Positions 1 to 15,238 of a stretch of 64,000 nt of DNA are shown here, in pieces. Both the position numbers and the translations under genes were made by a program. Every line of letters begins with the position of its first letter. Within the stretch, counting starts at the first letter, position 1. Below the pieces are notes generated by a model. That model worked only from the letters and a program-made list of their open reading frames with translations. It was not told where the DNA came from and searched no databases. Origin of the DNA: Neocallimastix sp. 'constans' (taxonomy: Eukaryota); the NCBI GenBank assembly GCA_050613775.1, contig JBODTK010000140.1, positions 1 through 64,000 of the forward strand, read 5' to 3'.

Positions 1-45
1 AGACATCTATTAATTAGTTATTCTCTATTATTATGATAATAAAGG

Positions 46-80
<35 letters not shown>

Positions 81-763
81 GAATAGAGAATTCTAAATGT
101 TTATTTTTTGGAGAAATAAGGAAATCCCAAATTCATTTTTTTACTAAATTATATTTATATATCGTTTATTTTTCTTATTTTCTAATAATTCAATAAAATT
201 AAAATAATAATAATAGGCCATGTTCAATATTCAACTTCATTAAAAGCTTGATAATAAATTAAAATATTCATTTTTAATTTCATGATAATTTTTTTATATT
301 ATTTAAATATCAATCTATACATAAATATTAATGAATATCTATTTGGATATAAGATTGATGTTTAGAACTCCACAAAATATCAATTTTTATTATTATTTGT
401 TATTATTTTATTATTTATTTTTATTGTTTACTATTTATTATTTAATTATTTAATTAATTATTTATTTATTATTTATTATTCAATCATTAATAAATACTTT
501 TATTTATTTATTATTTATTTATCATTTATAATACCTAATGTTTTTTTATAATAATTTTATTATAGAGTATTAATGAATTTCATATTTTTTTTTATTTTCC
601 TTTTTGGTAATATTTTATATAACTTTTATCATATGTCTTTTTTTTTTTTATTATTATTATTATTTTTTTTTTTTTTTGATCAATTTTACCACATATAAAT
701 TGTTAATAAATACCAAAAATTAATTAATGATATTTAGTATATTTATTATAAATATTACTATTC

Positions 764-802
<39 letters not shown>

Positions 803-1119
803 TATTTATTATATTTATACTAATATTAATAAATTTTAAAATGAAAAATTTAAAATATAAATTTATTAAAGAATATACTCTCTCTGCTATCTATTATTAA
901 TGATAAAATTGTTAAGCATTCTTTATATTTATTATCATTTATTTTTTTTTAAATTTTATTCCATCTACCATATAATATAACTTTAATGCTTTTTTTTATT
1001 TCATTTCTAATTTAAATATCTATTTCTATATTTATTTAAATATTTTATATTTTATATTTTATATTTTTATATTTTAAATGTCACTTTTTACTAACTATAA
1101 AAAAGAAATTTTTTCATTT

Positions 1120-1158
<39 letters not shown>

Positions 1159-1654
1159 CTTTAAATTTAAATTAATTATTAATAGTTGTTGATAATATAT
1201 AAATTCAATTCAAATCCTTTATTTTATTCTATATATTATTTAATTAGTACAAATTAAAATTATTTTAATAAATAATTAATTTTTAAATTTTTTTTAAATT
1301 TTTTTATCTGTACAAATTTTAATTTTCCTTTTTTTGTTTTTCATTATTATTATTTTAACATCTTTTAAATAAAATTTTATTATTAAATAAAATAGTATAT
1401 TGGAATTATATTGCAATATATTCGACTTTTATATTTCCATTTAGTTGATTAAAAATTAAAATTTCAATTAAAAATTTTTTTTGATAAATTTAATATTAAA
1501 AAGAATCATAGGAATTATCTTATGGTGCAAAAAATAATTAATAATTAATATGGTAAAGATATACTATTTTTTTTAGACTGGGGATTAAATATATATTGAA
1601 CTATTAAATATATTAAATACAATAATAATTGTTTGAATAATATTAAATAATAAA

Positions 1655-2237
1655 TATAATAAATAAATAATAAATAAATAATAAATGTAATAATTAATAA
1701 ATAATAAATAAATAATAAATAAATAATAAATAATAAATAATAAATAATAAATAATAAATAATAAATAATAAATAATAAATAATAAATAATAAATAATAAA
1801 TAATAAATAATAAATAATAAATAATAAATAATAAATAATAAATAATAATAAATGTAATAATTAATAAATAATAAATAAATAAATAATAAATAATAAATAA
1901 TAAATAATAAATAATAAATAATAAATAATAAATAATAAATAATAAATAATAAATAATAAATAATAAATAATAAATAATAAATAATAAATAATAAATAATA
2001 ATAAATGTAATAATTAATAAATAATAAATAATTAAATAATAAATAATTAAATAATAAATAATTAAATAATAAATAATAAATAATAAATAAATAATAAATA
2101 ATAAATAATAAATAATAAATAATAAATAATAAATAATAAATAATAAATAATAATAAATGTAATAATTAATAAATAATAAATAAATAAACAATAAATAATA
2201 AATAATAAATAATAAATAATAAATAAATAATAAATAA

Positions 2238-2308
<71 letters not shown>

Positions 2309-2320
2309 ATAGTAAATAAT
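1655..2320. repeat. Low-complexity tandem array of (AATAAAT/AATA)n
   Basis: Visible 7-mer and 4-mer tandem repeats; these explain the spurious ORF 1694..2191. Confidence 0.95.
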
Positions 2321-2321
2321 A

Positions 2322-2559
2322 TGTTAGAATATGTGAATATGAGATAAATGTATAAACCTCAATGTAATAACAAAAAAGTATTTAATTTAGAATATTTAAG
2401 TGTGAATAACTCTTGGTCATAAAATATATTATAAATATATAAAATATATTAATAAAATTGACATAATTATATAAATATATAAAATATATTATTAAAATTG
2501 ACATAATTATATAAGCTTTAGATTCATGACTCTTAAAACAATAATAAATAATAATAACA
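2322..2559. mobile_element. Possible solo LTR
   Basis: More complex island in simple repeats. Starts TGTTAG at 2322 and ends AAACA (2540) or TAACA (2559). Contains a near-perfect 40-bp tandem duplication (2431-2470/2471-2510). No clean TSD. Confidence 0.35.
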
Positions 2560-2989
2560 ATAATAAATTTTTAATATAATTATGTATTTATAATTATTTT
2601 TATTGATATAAAAGTTATCAGTTGAATGATTATCAGAAATGTTATTTTAAGAAGAAGTTTATTTGTTTGATAATTTACTTATCATTTCTTTTTATCAAAG
2701 TTCAAAAAAATTTATTATTATTATTAATTATTAATAATTAAACTTTAACTATATCTATAGATATTATTTATTATTTATTTATCGACTTCTGTATTTATCT
2801 ATTTATTTATTTATTTATTCACTTATTTATTTTTTATATTTATTTATTTTACTTTTCCAATATTTTTTTTTATTTCTTTTCCGATTTAGTAAAATTTACT
2901 TTAGCAACAAATATAGTGTTAACTTTTATTACAATGGAGAATTTAAACATTGAAAAGTTAATTCATTATTATTAGTTTATCTTTTAAAC

Positions 2990-3067
<78 letters not shown>

Positions 3068-4004
3068 TTATATCTAATTTTATCTTTTATCTAATTTTAT
3101 TTATTATATCTATTTCCAAATAATTAAGATGGTCTATTCATTATTAACTATTTATTTATTAATGAATATTTTATTTTAAATATATTACTTTTGATTGAAA
3201 TATATAGGGAAAACACTGTTCTATATATTCTATTATATTTATAATATATTTACTAGTACTTAAATTTAAGGTATTCATAAAGATAAAAACTTTCTAAAAA
3301 TGGGAAAAAAACAATACCTTGAATAATATTAAACTTTAATAATATATTATAGAATATTTCATAATATTTTTATCCTGAAAATAAATATTAATAAATATTA
3401 AATATAATATTTTATTAATATTAATTATAATATTTATTAATATTCGTAATATTCAATTATGCATTTCTATATTTCAAATTATTATTGACTCTCAATGTAG
3501 TTATGTAGAAGTAATATTATTAATATTAATATTAATATTAGTATATTTTTTAAATTATATAGCTAATATCAAAGAGTTATCCTTTCTTATTCTCAAAATT
3601 TCTATTTCCTATTACTATTACGAAGCACACAAGAAAAGTTATAGAGAACAATCTATCTAAGAAGTTTCATTGATGATGAAATTCAATAAAATTAATTTAT
3701 TTAAATGTAATTTTTATTAATTTTTTTTTTATTTGTTTTTAATCATTAATTAAATTAATAATCAATCATACGAATAGTCATATGGTTTTAAATTATGATA
3801 TTAATAAAAATTTTTATTAATACCTATTACCCATGGTATGAAATATTGATGAAAGGGGTTTACCGTTGATTATTTTAATTTTATTTTATTTTATTTTATG
3901 TATTATTTTATTATGTATCATTTTATTTAATTTCATTTATTTCATTTTATAATTAATTTATTTTGATTTTGTATAAAATTTAATTATTTTAAAAAATATT
4001 TCAA

Positions 4005-4345
4005 TAATAAATAATAAATAATTGAATAATAAATAATAAATAATAAATAAATAATAAATAATAAATAAATAATAAATAATTGAATAAATAATAAATAATT
4101 GAATAAATAATAAATAATTGAATAAATAATAAATAATTGAATAAATAATAAATAATTGAATAAATAATAAATAATTGAATAAATAATAAATAATTGAATA
4201 AATAATAAATAATTGAATAAATAATAAATAATTGAATAAATAATAAATAATTGAATAAATAATAAATAATTGAATAAATAATAAATAATTGAATAAATAA
4301 TAAATAATTGAATAAATAATAAATAATAAATAATAAATAAATTAA
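4005..4345. repeat. Minisatellite, 19-bp unit GAATAAATAATAAATAATT
   Basis: About a dozen near-identical tandem copies read directly. Confidence 0.9.
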
Positions 4346-6999
4346 ATAATTTGTATATTTAATATATAAATAAATAAATATTATATAAATATATTATTAA
4401 ATATTTATATAAATAAATAAATAAATATATTAAATATAATAAAATTTAAATTTTTTAATAAATAAATATTAATTATTATTAATGGTTTAGGTCAAATGAT
4501 TCAATTATTTTATATGGCTAAGAGAGTAATATTAGTTAATAATTAAAATAAATAAATTATGAAAGGGATAAAGTGAAACAAATTAATTATCATATATTTA
4601 AATAAACTACCGTGTTTATGCCCATAATTTATGGCTAAAGCTAAAAAAAATAATTTTTTTAATCTCTTATTACATCCCAATATAATCTTTTTATTATTTA
4701 TTATTTAAAATATTTATATGTGGCTTTGTTACTGTCTAATTCATCATTCTTATAAAAAATATTTTTTTTAATTAATAATAAAATATTAAATTATTGCTAT
4801 CATCAGCCATGACTTAATAAAAATTATTACTATCAAATATTTCTATAATTTTTTTTAAATAGATTTTTATTATTAATTATTATTAATTTTCAATAGAATA
4901 AACTTTCATTTTCTATTCAAATACTACTATAGTCTTCCATTAATTTTTTTTATTGTTTTTGATTTCATTAAGAAATAAATAATATCAAAAAATCAAAGAA
5001 TTAATAATAAAAATAAAAAGAATTTACTTTATTTACTTCAGAAAATCTTTTTTTCTTCTTTGAAAAAAGAAATAATAAAAAAATAATTAATAATAATAAT
5101 AATAAAAAGGATTAAAAATTACAAAACTGTGTGAAAGTAAATATTAATGATCAATTATTTAGTATAAATGTTTGTTTATGAATTTTTTTAATAAATAACT
5201 TCAGTATTAAATCTATATTTAATTGTAAATTATTATTTCTCCCCTTTTTTTTTTTAATTTTTTTTTTGCTTAATTTTTTCTTATTTAATTTTTTTTTTTT
5301 ATTTTAAATTATTTAATTTATTATCATTATTTATTTTTTTGTTTTGCCAAATGAACCACATGAATAAAATAAATTATTTATTGAATTAATTGGATATGAT
5401 CAATTCTATCTCCATATAATTCTTTAAACCTATCGATGGATCTGCTCATTAATTTCAATTCCACAGAAATACATACTCTTATATAACTAGGCTTGATCTG
5501 GTGTTATCTTATTGAATTGATTCATGTTAATAATTTCTATCACCATGATGATTTTTAGTGGTGACAGAAGCAGAATTCTGTTTAACTACTTATAGTGGTA
5601 AAATTCTTTTATTATTATTATTATTTTAACTTTTATTTTATTTTTATTATTATAAAAAGGTTACATTTAATATTTGTATTAACAACAACAACAAAAAAAA
5701 GTTTTCCTTCACCAAATTACAATTAAAAGTTAATGAAATAAATACTATTAATTGATATTACAAAACTCATTTTTAAAGTTTATCATCCAAATAAAGATAA
5801 AAAGGTTAGAGTGTGATTAATAATAACTTTTTAAATAAAAATTTAAAGTTTTAAATTATAAATTAATATTAGGGATAACTTAACATATATAAATATATAA
5901 ATATATATTTGTTCCATAGATTCTGCTATATAATAATATATAGACTATTCTTTATTTATTATATTATTCAAATACAATTCTAAAGAAAAAAATAATTTTA
6001 AAAAAAAAAAAAAAAAAAAAAAAAGCGAATGACTATGGTTAATCATTTTTTATATATTAATAGTCCATTATAATATATATAGTATTAAACTTTAATTGAT
6101 AATATATTTTATTAATAATAAAAATAAATCGTTTATGATATAACCAAAAAAAAAAAAAATAAAATATAAGAAATAAATATGATTTTATAATTAGATTAAA
6201 TAGTTATTTATAATATAATTATATTTAATAATATATTAAAATTGAATAAAAATTCTTTTAAGAAAAAAAAAATCTAACTAATTCCAAAGAATTATTTAAT
6301 GTACAATATATTAAATTATAATTTTATATTAAATTCATAAGTACATTTAAATTTAATATATATTTATAATTTATATTGTAATATATAATTATGAATTATT
6401 AGATAGTAGTTAGTAAATATATTAATACTACATTGTCAATAGAAAATTAATATATAATCTACATCAAAAATATAGTAATAAATATATATATGATAATAAA
6501 TATAATTGAATATAATGAAATAGATTTTAGTCGTTTATATCTTTAATTAATTTATTACCTAAATTAACTAATAAATTATTAATAATAATTAAAATTAACT
6601 TTATTTTTGTAATAATATAAAGAAAAATAAAAATTTTAAAAATCAAAGTTTATAATTTTAAAATATAAAAAATAAAAATTAATAAAAATAGCTCATAATT
6701 CATGTCTGATATATAAAATAAACTATTAAATATATAATATATTATTTAATTCAATTTATATATATTATATTATATAAATATATTACGTATTTTTTATATT
6801 GTACATTTATATTATATATTATCTATTGAATGTATATAAAAACATAAAATAATTATTTAATAATATGTAATGTAATATATTGTAAAATACGAACATTTAA
6901 GCAATATTATAAATAATTATTAAACTATAATATATTTTAAATTATTGCTCATTTTAATTTTATTTTATTTCATTTTTATTTTTTATTCTATTTTATTGT

Positions 7000-7232
7000 A
7001 TTAATTTTATTATTTTATTATTTTATTATTTAATTTTATTATTTTTATTATTTAATTTTATTATTTTATTATTTAATTTTATTATTTTATTATTTAATTT
7101 TATTATTTTATTATTTAATTTTATTATTTTAGTATTTAATTTTATTATTTTATTATTTAATATTATTATTTTATTATTTAATTATATTATTTTATTATTT
7201 AGTTTTATTATTTTATTATTTAATTTTATTAC
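7000..7232. repeat. AT-rich minisatellite (TTATTATTTAATTTTATTATT-like unit)
   Basis: Tandem copies visible. Confidence 0.85.
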
Positions 7233-7265
7233 CATTTTAAGAAATATATGATATAAAATTTATTT

Positions 7266-7299
<34 letters not shown>

Positions 7300-8082
7300 T
7301 TAATGTAGTATAAATACAAAGAGTTTTGGCCTTAAAGTTTTGTTTTATTTTTTTTATTATTTTCAAAATATATTTTAATTCAAAAATTTTTTAATTGAAA
7401 AGAGAAATAAAAGTAAAAGTTGGTCAAATAAAAAATAAAAAAGACGAGTTTAAAAACCAACATAAAAATAACATTAAATAATTGTTTATATTGTAAAATA
7501 AAGTTTAAAACTATTTGTAAATAAAATATAATAAAATAATATAAAGAGTATAATAGACAATTAATTATACAATAAATAATATAATAATATAGTTATTCAT
7601 TACAAGTGTAGTATAATAGTATAAAATTAGATTATTTTTTTTTTTAATTTTAAAAAAGGAAAATAACATAAAATTTTAAATATATTATTTCAATATTAAT
7701 AATTAAAAGGGAAATATAAACTATATACCCATAATATATAAATATTAATTTAATATATAAAAATTTTAAGATAATATAAACATACCTTAATTAAAACAAA
7801 ATAATTAAAAAAAAAATTCAAATATAAAAAAAAATATAGAAAAAAGAATATAGAATAAATAAATTTTTATATTTACGAATATATATAAATAAAATAATAT
7901 CTCAATTAAAAGGTTTTTTCATACTTTTCAAAAGCTTTTGATATTTTAAATATCTAATTTAAAATAAATATTGGAATATTGTTATATAAAAAGTAAAAAT
8001 ATAAATAAAAAAAAAAATTTCTATAAAAGTTTAAAAATTTTAAAGTAAAAAAAAAAAAAAAAAGAAATTGTTTTTGTTCAAT

Positions 8083-9425
8083 ATGAGTAACGTACAAATA
8101 AGAGGTGGTTCTTTAATGAACTGTGCTTTTTCGTTATTAAAACATTCTATTCCTTCCGTTTCCAAAACATCTTTAAATAATTTTTTATTATCACAGAAGA
8201 GAAACAAATCTACTAATTTAGATAAAGATTTAGCTCAAAATTTCTTCTTTTCACAACACAGGTGAGTTTATTTAATTATTATAGTTTTAAAAAAACATTT
8301 AAAGAAGTAACATTTAGAATAAAATACTAATAATATTTTTATTTATTGTATATATAAATATTTTATACCAATAGACCTGTATTATTTAATGATATGAAAT
8401 TAGAATTTGAAATACAATCATTACAAAGTAAGCATTTTTGTTTTTCCTCCAAAAAAAAAAATATATGAATATTTAAATGAAATTTGGGATATTGAATTTT
8501 TTCTTATTTAATTATTGGTTTAATTGTATTTTTGAACTATCAGTGTTTATGTATTTAAAAAGGTTTTATAAATAATATATGGGAGTATTTGTTAATTTAA
8601 AAGGAGAATATTCATTTTCATTTGTTTTATTTTGAATTATGATGGGATGTTGTATTTTATATATATATTAATATTTATTTTTTTATGTTGAGTTTATTTA
8701 ATATTTTCTTTAATATATTTTCATTTCGTTTTTATAAGAATTCTCTATTTTAAGGGGAAACTCTTCAATTTTTTTTATTTTATTTATTATTTTTTTTAAA
8801 TGTATTATTAATTTGGTATATATATATTTAATATTTTTATTTTATCATTATTAAATAATATAATTTATTTAAATTGCTTATAATATATATCTAATCTTTT
8901 TTTTTTTTTTAAAAAAAAACTTTTATATTATATATATATTTTTTAAATTTTTTATTATTATATTATTTTATAGATCAAAAAGACAAGGTAATTGAACCAG
9001 TACCATTTTCTAGTAGTATACCTAAACAATGTAAAAGTTTTAGTGAAATGAAATATAGTAATCCAGGAATGACTGATTTAGATAGAAGTGAAGAAGAAAA
9101 ATCACAAATTTTAGCTGCTTGGGATATTCTTGATTGTATGTTCACTGGACGTACAAGTTCATCTAATGCTTATTCTAAGGAAGAAGAAAGCATGTCTTCA
9201 AGTACTGTTGTAACCCCACAACCATTAAAAAGTATTAGCGAAGATACTTTCCTTTCTTGTGTTAATAATAGTTTATATCAACAACAACAAGATGATGATA
9301 TAGATATTGATGTTCTTTTCCATCAATTATTTAAGAATAATTCTTCAAAATCATCAAAGAATTCATCCTCATCTTCAAATACATCTTCAACGCCGATCAA
9401 TTCAAAGGAAACCATGAAGAAATAA
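8083..9425 (+). CDS. Uncharacterised 227-aa protein, probably organelle (hydrogenosome)-targeted; N-terminal motif resembles fungal mS38/Cox24 (DUF1713 family) precursors
   Basis: Exons 8083-8261, 8375-8427, 8974-9425 join in frame through GT-AG introns. The first ~47 aa are basic/Ser/Leu-rich with no acidic residues. Motif IPSVSKT...FFSQHRP spans intron 1. Confidence 0.7.
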
Positions 9426-9680
9426 AAATAATTAAATAAATAATAATTATTATTTTAACGGTCATTAATATTCGAAACAATAAGAAAAAGCTATTAATTC
9501 ATTTACTGTAATTGACTATAAACTAAACTTAAAAAAAAAAAAAAAAAAAAAACATACACTTTATAAATAACATTTTTATATTCAATAATTAATAACTATT
9601 ATAATTTTCACATAAATATATCCATAAGAAAAAGTTATTTATAATGCATCATGTATACAAATTTTTATGAAATCAATATA

Positions 9681-9739
<59 letters not shown>

Positions 9740-10329
9740 CGAAAAAACCACTATTAAAAGCGATTTTCAAACATATCTAAATTTTTCAGTATTTTTTTTT
9801 TTCCTTTTAATAACAAAACAATTTATTTTTAAATTTTTTTTTTTTTTAATTTAATATTAAATACCATATCTATCAAATTAATATTACGTTAATCATAATT
9901 AAAAAGTTTTATTACGTATTATTATTATTATTTTTATCATTAATTATTCTTTTATTAAATTATATATATATATATTATTTATTTAAAAAAAATAAATAAA
10001 AATAAAAGAGATATATAAATGATATTTTTTATGATTTATATTAAAAATAATAATATTATATATGATTATAAACTTTGTAATATGTAAATATATAATAATA
10101 AAACGTTTCAAAATAATAAAGTATATAAAAAATAAAAATTCTTTTATATTTTTTTTTTTTTTTTTTTATTTTCTGTTAAAAATGAATTAAAATTGAATAA
10201 TTATATAAAATAATTAAAGAATTATTAATATGTAAAAAAAAAAAAAAAAAACTAATTTTTTAGTCGGTTAACCAATAATTTTATTAAATTTTTATAATAG
10301 TTTTATTTTTAAAAGTATAATAATAATGG

Positions 10330-10769
10330 TTTTATGTATTCAAGGTCTACCCCTTATGTTCAACATTTTCTCTCTTTTTTTTTTTTTTTTTTTTTATTTT
10401 GGATTGGATGAATTAAACGGCAATTCAAATTAAATTGATGTTAAACCTTATGTTAAAATGTAAATTGGTATCAGAAGATTGCCCAATATGCTGTTCCTGT
10501 TGTGGTGAAAGTAATGGCATACCTAGTTTTACGTCTTGGATACTTTTATGTCCTAAAATTTAAAGAATTTAGACCACAATTTGTTAATGAAATTTTTTTT
10601 TTTTTTTTTTATAATCTTTTTCTATGATGGTTCATGAGAAATCATTGAACATACCTGATGATAAAGAAAAAGATTTTAATGTGTAATATTAATTTTTTAT
10701 GTACTGTATCTCTTTCCTTCTTGGTGGAAATACAGTATATGAAGATATTTTTGATATAGATTCGAATGA

Positions 10770-10814
<45 letters not shown>

Positions 10815-10885
10815 ATCTACATGGAGTTTATCATTAATGAATGGGAAGAGTTAGAGGTCATTTCGTCCTTCGAAATTCATAATGT
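10330..10885 (+). mobile_element. Degenerate 3' end of a non-LTR (LINE) retrotransposon ORF2 (zinc-knuckle region)
   Basis: Translates to KLVSEDCPICCSCCGESNGIPSFTSWILLCPK..EFR and SFLLGGN, with stops, frameshifts and poly-T interruptions. Shares TTCCTTCTTGGTGGAA with the minus-strand relic near 49230. Confidence 0.6.
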
Positions 10886-10925
10886 TAAATTTTTTTTAAT
10901 ATTAATGTAAAAAACAAAACAAAAC

Positions 10926-10956
<31 letters not shown>

Positions 10957-11500
10957 ATATATTAATATCAATTAATAGTACTTTGTAATTTTTTATTGTA
11001 TAAAAATAATGAAAAATGTACATAAAAAAATTAATTTATTATTTTTTTTTTAATAAAATATTATTAAATAAAGTTTATTTCTAGACATTTTTTTTTTTTT
11101 TAGACTAAGAAGAGAATACACTTCCAGTGCTTTATTAAAGAGATTAAAATATTTAATTTTTTAATTATAATTTTGGAAATGATAAAAGTAAATAAATAAA
11201 TTAGATAGATTTTAGTAAAATATACTTTTTTATGAAGCATTGTTTTCGTTAATATTTTTCAAAATTAAAATGAAAATATAGTAAAATATTTAATTAAATA
11301 TAGTTAAATATAGTGTAGATGTAAAAAGAAAGAAAATCAAGAGAGGTAGAATATCAATATTTCATACATATATAATTGAAAAAATATTTAGTTAAAAAAA
11401 AAAAAAAAGACTTGTTTTTTTTCTTAATTTTAAATTAATTAAAAATACAAATATACATTATATTTTTTTTTTAAAAAAAAAAAAAGCATATATTTAAGAA

Positions 11501-11809
<309 letters not shown>

Positions 11810-12684
11810 ATAATAATAAAAATTGTAACTGTTAATAAAAAAAAAAAAAAAACTAATTATAATAATTAATAATAATAATAAATATTTTTAATTAATAGAA
11901 AATAGTATAAAATATAGTATATTATGTTAACATGTTTTATTAATTTATAAGTATTAGGAAAAAAATTTTTTTTAAGAAATACCGTAGTAATTACTGCGCA
12001 AGTTATTCTAAAAAATTTTAAATTAAAATATCATTAAAAATAATTATAACAAAATAAAAATATAATTTATTAGTATTTTTTTTTTTAAAAAAAATTTTTA
12101 TATTAATATCTCAATATGTTTTTTATTTATTTATTTATTAGTATATTAACATATATTTTTAATATTTATTATTAAAAGTGATAAAATGGGCAGAGTATAT
12201 AATGTTGGTTTTATGTATGATTTTACTAATTTTTTTTTTTTTTTGGAAATTATTTTGTTCATTTTCCAAAAAGATAAAAAATTTTATTTGTATAATTTCA
12301 TTAATTGTTAAACTTTATTATATTATTATTTTTTTTTAATAATATATTAATTATTAATTATTAATTAATATTTTTTTTAATTATTTTAATTATTTATTTA
12401 CTCTATTTAACTATTAAACATAAATGTAGTTTAAAACTACATTTAAATTTCAAAAAAAAAAAAAAAAGGAAAAATAATAATATTTTTTTTTTTTTTAAAA
12501 AAAAAAAAAGGAATAGCTTAATAATTATAAATAATAATAACAATAATAACAATAAAAAAAATAGATAAAAAACAATAATTTTTAATTTGCTTTTCTTTTT
12601 TTTTTTTTTTTTTTATTAAAAAACTTTAAAAATAACTATTTCTAGTTATTATTCAATCGAAATAATAATAATAATAATAAATTC

Positions 12685-12743
<59 letters not shown>

Positions 12744-12750
12744 CTTCAAA

Positions 12751-13016
12751 ATGATGAAAGCTCAATTGCAATGGAGACAGTTTAATTTTTTTGAAAAAGA
12801 ACAAATTTACGATCCAATTGAGAGATCAAGATCACCAAAATGGCTTCAGGTTTATTATTAAATAATACTAATAAATAATTAGAAAAATATAACAAAAATA
12901 TACTAAATATTTATTTTTTATTTTTTTTTTTTTATTATTATTATTATTATTTTTTTCTATTTTAATATTTTATTTATTATAATTATAATTTTATTATTAT
13001 TAAAATGAATAAACCT

Positions 13017-13047
<31 letters not shown>

Positions 13048-13551
13048 CACTATTGAAATGAAATTCATTCCTTTCAATTTAATAATATACATAATATAAA
13101 TAATAATATTTATTATTATTATTATTATTTTCTTATTTCAATATCAACTGGAAAAATATATTTATGTTTATATATAAAATTCGAAATTTCGTATTTTTTC
13201 ATTAATATTAATTAAAACAATAAACAATTCAATTATTCATGACAATGATACTAAAAAAAAAAAAAATAAATAAATAAATAAAATAAAATAAAAATAAATC
13301 AATAAATCATTTGTTTATTTTATCTTTTATTTAAGAATATGGATATTACTTCTTGGACTAATGGAAGAGGACATTTAATTTTTGGAGATATCCTTTTTTT
13401 AATTATTATTATTAAAAAAAAAAAAAGTAAAATTATAATTTTTAAAAATTTTAAATGAATTTGTCTTTTTTTTAAAATATATATATATATATTATTGATA
13501 ATACATAATTATTCAACAAAATTATTTATAACACTAAGAAATAATGATAAT

Positions 13552-13582
<31 letters not shown>

Positions 13583-15177
13583 AATAAAAACAATATAAAT
13601 ATAAAAATAAATATATATAAAATACAGCAATATAAAGATAAATAATAATAAATAATAAATATAAAGAAAAATAAACATAAAAATAAAATAATAAAATTAA
13701 TATAAAAAATATTTATAAATTTAATAATATGTAAGATGTTATTGGTCTTTAACAAATATATACATTCTGCAGGTTTAATTACTTTGGTCAATTATTCTTT
13801 AAATTTAAATTATTCTTATCCAGCTCATCCTTCTTCTATTACTCAAGTTAAAATTATGAAATATAAAAATATACTTATTTCAGTTGGGGTAGGTTGAAGA
13901 TAAAGCAAACAAATAAACAAAAAAAAAAAATAACAGTATAAAAATAAAAAAAAGAATAAGAATATCAATAACAATAACAATAATAAAAATAAAAATAAAA
14001 ATAAAGTATATAGAATCAATAATATCAACATCAATATTAATAACATTATTATTATTATTTTATCTATATATATATATTAAAATAACTTTTATATATATAT
14101 ATATTTATTTAATAGGAAGATGAGTCTTCAGTACCAAATATTAAAGTATGGAACTTGGATAAAATGAATAAAAATACAAAAAGTCCTGTTTGTCTTCGTA
14201 CTATTAAAGTGAATCATGCAGGAAAAATTAGTCCCGTAAATATTAAATTAATAAAACGAACTATTATATTATTATGTTATATATATAATATAAATATAAT
14301 ATAAATATATTAATTATTTAATTATAATTATTTATTAATAAAATTATTAACTATTAAATAATATTCTCTATAAATATTATATTTATATTATTTTTTTATT
14401 TATTTATTTTTTATTAATAATTTATTATTTATTATTTATTATATATTTTGATTGTTGTGATTATTATTGAAAATTTTATCAATATTTAAATTAAAGGTTA
14501 CTTCCATTGCTATTTTAGATTCAATGTCTCAAATGGCTATTGGTTTAGAAAATGGAACTGTTATTTTAATGAGGGGTGATATATTGAGAGATAGATTCAC
14601 CAAAACTAGAATTATTCATGAAGGAAAGGGAGCTGTTACTGGTAATTTTATTTATTTCTTTATTTATTTTTAATTTATTATATAATAATATATATAAATA
14701 ATTGAAAAAATAATTGAAAAAGATAAAGATATAATATATATATTTATATTTATATTAAAATATTTAAATATTTTATACAACAATAATAATAATAATAATA
14801 ATAATAACAAAGGTTTAGGATTTAAAGAAGAAGGAAAACAAACTTTACTTTATATAGTTACAAATTCATCAATATATTTATATAATACCCTCGTTAAGGA
14901 TTATAAGGTTAATATCATATTATTGATTGCTCTAGCTTACATATATATTATTTATATTATTTATATTATTAAAAATTATTTTTAATGTAAAAATGTTAAT
15001 TTCAGTTATTAATAAATATATTATTATATATATATATATTATCATAAAATTTTTTATAGAAATTAATTGATGAACAAGGTTGTAATGTCGGTTGTTCGGT
15101 TATTAACTTCCATGATCCATTTTCTGATTTAATTATTGGAAAAAATGAGGTAATTTTTTTTTTTTATTTTATAATTA

Positions 15178-15238
<61 letters not shown>

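Noticed and set aside
1694..2191. 165-aa hydrophobic ORF
   Set aside because: Translation of a simple AT repeat. The same applies to the F/I/L/Y- or K-rich ORFs at 9651, 13534, 13843, 18053, 20259, 25178, 41515, 41769, 49533, 49985, 54838 and 59894.
5385..5600. GC-richer patch with a short minus-strand frame (VELKLMSRSIDRFKELYGDRIDH)
   Set aside because: Multiple stops, no recognisable motif and no splice-consistent model.
10467..10476. TGGTATCAGA, resembling a tRNA-Met primer-binding site
   Set aside because: No adjacent LTR end, and it lies within the LINE relic's coding frame (KLVSEDC).
13772..13778. CAG at 13770-13772 as a conventional acceptor for VPS11 exon 3
   Set aside because: No GT donor exists at the end of exon 2, and using this site would drop the conserved FGD aspartate; the AT-AC solution fits better.
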